A DNA stretch of 64,000 nt from an uncultured Verrucomicrobiae bacterium. Lineage in GTDB: Bacteria > Verrucomicrobiota > Verrucomicrobiia > Limisphaerales > Palsa-1400. Position 1 is the first letter of the stretch, and each line of letters begins with the position of its first letter. A model generated the notes under the pieces. It ran no database searches, was not told where the DNA came from, and saw nothing but the letters and a program-made list of their open reading frames with translations. The stretch is from NCBI GenBank assembly GCA_963764165.1, contig CAVXRD010000002.1:3360001-3424000 (forward strand), read 5' to 3'. This document shows, in pieces, positions 59,084 to 64,000 of this stretch. The translations under genes were made by a program, and so were the position numbers.

Positions 59084-59224
59084 TCTCTTTTTCCCCGCCC
59101 CGCCGGCGGGGAGTGGGTTAGGGAGGGGAACCGGGAAAACAATATGAATTCCCGATAATGGCAACCGGGAAGGGCTCGCGAGAATGGATCCCATCTCTCC
59201 TTCTCTCTCCGGGAGGGGCGAGAG
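59084..59224. repeat. Degenerate CCCTCTC/GAGAGGG palindromic repeat element
   Basis: tccccgccccgccggcggggagtgggttagggaggggaacc ... tctctccttctctctccgggaggggcgagag; resembles 35357-35499. Confidence 0.6.
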
Positions 59225-59368
59225 CAATCACTATTGGCATGCCGGGTGTTCTTCGATTCTACAGCTTTGCCAAAAACTGACATGCGCCCCACCAGGAGTC
59301 TGGCTCGCCGAAGTTGGGGGTTCGCGCCATTCCTTGCCATTATGGCGAACCGTCCCTGGCTCGTTGGG

Positions 59369-60190
59369 CTATTTCTTGTCGTCTTTGGGTTTGTCCGCCA
59401 CTGCGGCAGCCGGCTTGTCTGATTCCGGTTTTGCTTCGAGGGCCTGCTTTTCGCCTTTCAAGATGTCTTCCGCTGGAATCAAAATCGCGGTCATATACTC
59501 GCGGGCGTTGGCGGCGCTCGATTCCTCGCCGTTCACCGCGCGCATGACGAACATCCCAACGACATTTCCGTTCAGCGCGAAGGCCGGCGACCCAAGCGCC
59601 GTCGTGCTCTGGCTGCTGTCCGGAATGTAAAACGTGCGCGGCTTCTGGATGACGGCGGCGATGCGCTCGGCGGAAACCGAATAGGCGCGGCCCGCGGCGC
59701 GATTGAGGCGGTTCAGTGTCACCACCTGCTCAAGCACTTTTAGCGGCGATGATTTTGTCAAATCAATGGCCGCCATGGGCGCCGCCGGCTTGGTCTTGGG
59801 CCGGACGTAGGCGAGGTCCAAATCCTTGTCGCGCAGGACAATTTCCGCGGGCAATTCCGTCCCGTCATCAAGGAGAATCTTGATGTCCGAAACCTCGATT
59901 TCGGTCTTGCCGAATTTTTCGTTGATGCGGCGGTAAAGCTCCGTGGGATCCACCGAGGAAAGCGCAACCACAGCCAGGCCGGAAGGGTCAATCACAGTTC
60001 CCGTGATGTCCTGCTTGCTTTCACGCGCGCCGTTGCGGCCGTCGGAGACTTTCATGACGGCTTGCACCGTAACGACGGCGTGCTGGTTTTTTTGAAAAAT
60101 ATCTCCGCCCTTGTCGGACAATTCGTCCGCGCCGCACGCAGCCGCCACCAAGGTCGTTCCCAGCAAAAGCATGTTCAATTTCGATTTCAT
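59369..60190 (-). CDS. Exported trypsin-like (S1) domain protein, probably catalytically inactive
   Basis: TGTVIDPSG, DKDLDLA, GSPAFALNGNVVG align to HtrA motifs, but the His and Ser positions are substituted. Confidence 0.7.
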   Translation of the reverse strand: MKSKLNMLLLGTTLVAAACGADELSDKGGDIFQKNQHAVVTVQAVMKVSDGRNGARESKQDITGTVIDPSGLAVVALSSVDPTELYRRINEKFGKTEIEVSDIKILLDDGTELPAEIVLRDKDLDLAYVRPKTKPAAPMAAIDLTKSSPLKVLEQVVTLNRLNRAAGRAYSVSAERIAAVIQKPRTFYIPDSSQSTTALGSPAFALNGNVVGMFVMRAVNGEESSAANAREYMTAILIPAEDILKGEKQALEAKPESDKPAAAVADKPKDDKK

Positions 60191-60209
60191 AGTTCTTCAG
60201 TTTCTAAAT

Positions 60210-62279
60210 TTAATGTTTCCACTCCGGCTCAAATTCCAAATAAGCGCTGCGCACCCCGCGCATGACTTTCATCTCGACTGCCGATTTGTGGCTTGCGGCA
60301 ATTTTCTCCATCACCTGCCGCAGCGAATCCACGTCTCCCACTGGCTGCTTGTCCACTTCCACCACCAAATCGCCGACATACAAATTGGCCAGCTCGGCCC
60401 AGCTTCCGGGTTTCACCTCTTCAATCAATGCGCCCTGCTGGCTTTTGTCCCATTGCTCCTCGGCGGAATCAAAGAAAGAAACGTTGCGGGCGGTAAATTC
60501 AAATTCGTCGTTGCGATATTTTTTCATTTCGCGGCGCAAGCGCGGCGAACGCTCCAATTCCACGTTGATCTTCATGGGCTTTTGGTCGCGGAGGATTGAA
60601 AGCTCCACCGTTTTGCCAACGTCGTACTGGCGAATCAATGTGGTCAATTCGTCTTCGTGCTCCTGGCCGGAGGCGGTGAGTTTTTCGCCGTCGACAGAGA
60701 GAATAAAATCGCCCGCTTTCAATCCCGCTTTGTCGGCGGTGCTGTCCGCGTAAACGCGGGTGATGTAAAATCCCTTGAGGCTCGGCGTGCCCAATTGCTG
60801 CGCTATTTCGCGGGTGATGACGCGCGTCTCCACCGGCAGCCACGCCTTCGTGACTTCGAGCCCTGGGTCTTTTTCGTCCTGGATGCCGACGCGCACCACC
60901 GCGAGGTATCGGGCCGCGCGCCGCACAAATGTCGCGATCACCGGCACCGGCTCGGGTTTTCCGGCTGACAATTTTTGTGTGAGCGCTTCCAGATCCTCGA
61001 CGGATTTCACGGGGCTGCCATTGACTTCGATCAGCACATCGCCGCGTTCCAGGGAAGGCTTCGCTTCTCCCGCTGGTCCGCCAGGGCGGACACTGCTAAC
61101 CAGAACGCCATCGGTATTTGTTCGTTTCATTTCCATGGCCAGGAGAAACGAAAAATCACGCGCCGTGATTCCCCAGCGTTTCAATTCGCGCTGTTTGGGA
61201 AAAATTTCGCCGCGCTCCCTGGGCGTCATGGAGACGTCCATCTTTTTCCCTTCGCGTTCAATGACGGCCGGAACCGGTTTGCCAATGGGGAGGCTGGACA
61301 CCCGTCCCATGAAATCGGGCATTTGCTCGTCAAAATGAACATCCACCGCTTTGCCATCGAGGCTTGTCAAAATATCGCCCGCCTTGATTCCCGCCTTGGC
61401 GGCTGGAGAATCCTCCCACACGCCGCCGATGAGAATGCCTTTTTTATCATGTTCCTCCTTGAACAGCGCCTGCGGCTCAATCCCGAGCCAGCTTCGCTGC
61501 ACCTTGCCTTTGGCCATTAATTCCCTCGCCACCGCTTTCGCGATGTTGCCCGGAATCGCGCCGGACAAACCGTAGCTGATTTCGTTGATGCCAATGATTT
61601 CGCCGCGGAGATTCACCAGCGGGCCGCCGGAGTTTCCGCCGTAAATCGCGGCATCGTGGCCGATCCAGCGGACAAGTCCGCCGACATCTTCGCCGTCAAG
61701 TTGAAATCGGTTGCCTTCTCCCCAAAAGCGGGGCAGCACCATTTCCGTATTGCTGATGATGCCGAGTGTGACTGATTGCGAAAGCGCCATTGGGCTGCCC
61801 ATGGCCAGGACGGAGTCGCCGACGCGCAGCGTGGCGGAATCGCCGAAACTGGCCGGAGTGAACTCGCGCGGCTTTTCCGGCTTCAATTTAATGACGGAAA
61901 TATCGGTCAACGGATCGGTGCCGATCAATTCCGCTTCAATCTCCTCGCGATTCCACAAGGTGCAAAACATGCGGCTGGCGTGGCCCGCCACATGATGGTT
62001 GGTGATGATGTAGCCGTCCTTGGTGATGATCGCGCCGCTGCCGACTTCCTGCATTTTGACTTCGCGCCCTTCACGGTATTCGGTCGAGACAACGCGGATG
62101 CGGACGAGCGCCTTGCGGACTTTGTCGTTGGCGACATCGATTTGCGCGCGCATGGAGGCAAGAGGCTCCCTGGCCGCAAAACTCGGAGTGGCCGGAGGAA
62201 GCATGGCCAAACCAGCCAGCAGCATCATCGCCGCGCGCCTGGAAAAAACCTCCGGAGCCTTTCTGAAGACAGAACGCAT
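60210..62279 (-). CDS. HtrA/DegP-like serine protease with four PDZ domains
   Basis: TNHHV, DPLTDISV, GGNSGGP triad; four GxxI...P/TAxxAG..GD units. Confidence 0.92.
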   Translation of the reverse strand: MRSVFRKAPEVFSRRAAMMLLAGLAMLPPATPSFAAREPLASMRAQIDVANDKVRKALVRIRVVSTEYREGREVKMQEVGSGAIITKDGYIITNHHVAGHASRMFCTLWNREEIEAELIGTDPLTDISVIKLKPEKPREFTPASFGDSATLRVGDSVLAMGSPMALSQSVTLGIISNTEMVLPRFWGEGNRFQLDGEDVGGLVRWIGHDAAIYGGNSGGPLVNLRGEIIGINEISYGLSGAIPGNIAKAVARELMAKGKVQRSWLGIEPQALFKEEHDKKGILIGGVWEDSPAAKAGIKAGDILTSLDGKAVDVHFDEQMPDFMGRVSSLPIGKPVPAVIEREGKKMDVSMTPRERGEIFPKQRELKRWGITARDFSFLLAMEMKRTNTDGVLVSSVRPGGPAGEAKPSLERGDVLIEVNGSPVKSVEDLEALTQKLSAGKPEPVPVIATFVRRAARYLAVVRVGIQDEKDPGLEVTKAWLPVETRVITREIAQQLGTPSLKGFYITRVYADSTADKAGLKAGDFILSVDGEKLTASGQEHEDELTTLIRQYDVGKTVELSILRDQKPMKINVELERSPRLRREMKKYRNDEFEFTARNVSFFDSAEEQWDKSQQGALIEEVKPGSWAELANLYVGDLVVEVDKQPVGDVDSLRQVMEKIAASHKSAVEMKVMRGVRSAYLEFEPEWKH

Positions 62280-62348
62280 GACTATGTTCTACCTTCAAAT
62301 CCCCATTCTTCAACCCCTAAAACCACAGATTCCCAGAAGGGATGGAGA

Positions 62349-62495
62349 GCCACAGATGAACACAGATCAACACAGATAAAAAATTTCCGCGCGCGATTTG
62401 GCCGGAACGTGCGCCGGTCGCACGCAACAAGCGGTCATGATCCGTCAAACAAACGTCTTGTCAGTCATCTGTGTTGATCGGTCCCAATCTGTGGC
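62349..62495. repeat. Periodic (CACAGAT, 10-nt period) inverted-repeat element
   Basis: gccacagatgaacacagatcaacacagat (62349-62377) versus the reverse complement of 62467-62495; 24/29 match. Confidence 0.85.
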
Positions 62496-62507
62496 CGCAC
62501 TCAGAGT

Positions 62508-63371
62508 TCAGCGTTCTCCGGATCCGCCGCCCTTGGGATCCCATGGCGACCACCAAAGCAGGGTGCGGCCGGAGGCGTAAGGAGTGTTTGCCTGGAGAGC
62601 GAAAAGTTTTGCCGTCAGAAAATCCACATGCCCATCAAAGGCGACGATGTTGCCGCCATCCTTGCTGTGCAGCCGGCCGATGCCTTCGGTGCCGTAGGGA
62701 GGAGCATCGGGATAATTTGAGCTGTCGTTCCACTCTCCAGCGCCTTCACCCACACCTTCCGTCCCGTTGGAATTGAGGTATTCGTCAGGCTCCCACAGAA
62801 GGTAGCAGAGAGGCGTCCAAATCGTGCTGACCTTGGGAGTTGTGGCCGAGTCTGCATCGTTAACGACGACGCCGTTCATCACGTAGGTGCTCAGCATATT
62901 GTTGCGCTGGTTTTTCAAGTAGTCCTGGCTGTTGGCAATGTCGGTAGGACACAGGAACGACTTGGCATTTTTCATATACGGATAATAAAGGCCATTGTAG
63001 GACGTGGCCTCGCTTTCGTTTTTGAACGGGACGTTGCGCGGGTCAGGTATTCCCGTCCCGTTGCCGCCTCCCGCTGTGGCGTTGGGATTATACAGCCAAC
63101 CCGCAGGCGAGCCGACGGTGCCGCCATCCCAGCCGGGCTGAGCCATGTAGTCCCGGCTGTCGTCCGAATACATGCGTTGAGTGATGCCAAGCTGTTTCAG
63201 ATTTCCGGTGCATTGCGTCCTCTGGGCGTTGGCTTTTGCGCTGGCTAGCGCGGGCAGGAGCAAGGCGGCCAAAATGGCGATGATGGCGATGACGACCAGC
63301 AGCTCAATCAATGTAAAACCTGCGCAGTCGGCATTTGTCCGACTTGCCTTGCCAGGATATTTCGAATTCAT
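62508..63371 (-). CDS. Prepilin-type N-terminal cleavage/methylation protein with H-X9-DG motif
   Basis: [47 protein letters not shown]. Confidence 0.9.
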   Translation of the reverse strand: MNSKYPGKASRTNADCAGFTLIELLVVIAIIAILAALLLPALASAKANAQRTQCTGNLKQLGITQRMYSDDSRDYMAQPGWDGGTVGSPAGWLYNPNATAGGGNGTGIPDPRNVPFKNESEATSYNGLYYPYMKNAKSFLCPTDIANSQDYLKNQRNNMLSTYVMNGVVVNDADSATTPKVSTIWTPLCYLLWEPDEYLNSNGTEGVGEGAGEWNDSSNYPDAPPYGTEGIGRLHSKDGGNIVAFDGHVDFLTAKLFALQANTPYASGRTLLWWSPWDPKGGGSGER

Positions 63372-63572
63372 GCGCTTAACCTTATTTGCTCCGCGCGGTG
63401 TGAATAGGCGGTTTGACGCTCGGCTGCATTCTGCTGTACAGGCGTACAGGAATCCCTGCGCATCGCGCGGATGTCATTTGTTTTCGGGAGTATGGAGCCT
63501 GGAGCCGTTTCTGTCTACTCCTAAATCCTGTAGTTCATAGATCCATTTCCGTCGCTTTCATCCAACGCGGCG

Positions 63573-64000
63573 TCATCGAACTCTTAGGTGCTCTCGCAAT
63601 GCTTTACCAGTATGCGACTGGGCGCATGTGGCGACGGTTTCCGGCGTGCCAGCGACGAGCAGACGGCCGCCTTGATGTCCGCCTTCAGGGCCCAGGTCGA
63701 GGACCCAATCCGCGCATTTGATGACGTCGAGGTTGTGTTCGATCACCAGCACAGAGTGGCCCGCCTCGACAAGGCGCTGGAGGCAATCGAGCAGGCGTTG
63801 GATGTCGGCGAAGTGCAGGCCAGTCGTGGGTTCGTCGAGAATGTAGAGGTTGTGGCGGCCGCGCCGCATCTTGCCCAGCTCGGCGGCGAGCTTCACGCGC
63901 TGGGCTTCGCCGCCGGAAAGAATTGTCGCCGCGTGGCCAAGTTCCAAATACCCCAGACCGAGTTCGTGGAGGACTTCGAGCTTTCGCACAATCTGCCGCT
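63573..64000 (-). CDS. uvrA: Excinuclease ABC subunit A, C-terminal part (runs off the window)
   Basis: [51 protein letters not shown]. Confidence 0.9.
   Translation of the reverse strand, partial: RQIVRKLEVLHELGLGYLELGHAATILSGGEAQRVKLAAELGKMRRGRHNLYILDEPTTGLHFADIQRLLDCLQRLVEAGHSVLVIEHNLDVIKCADWVLDLGPEGGHQGGRLLVAGTPETVATCAQSHTGKALREHLRVR

Overview
GC-rich bacterial chromosome segment. It is most consistent with Verrucomicrobiota (Pedosphaera/Limisphaera-like), inferred from the H-X9-DG prepilin-like proteins, several Tat-exported enzymes, a PQQ-type propeller and the repeat families. Housekeeping genes: serA, argB-argD-argF, dapF, maf, a DinG-type helicase and the 3' end of uvrA. The most notable locus is a tightly coupled seven-gene minus-strand operon (46402-55961): ABC permease, three SPFH proteins (HflK-HflC-HflK-like), a non-canonical P1B ATPase, an ABC ATPase and a second ABC permease, with no ftsH in the window. 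Also present: a stand-alone ketosynthase coupled to a multi-TM/GAF kinase and a frameshifted hybrid kinase; a complete IS630 element splitting a secreted S53 protease; a four-PDZ HtrA paired with a probable pseudo-protease; an orphan adenine methyltransferase behind argF; and at least four families of dispersed palindromic repeats, two copies of which overlap coding sequence. No rRNA, tRNA or CRISPR array was seen. Product calls come from reading motifs by eye, not from database searches.
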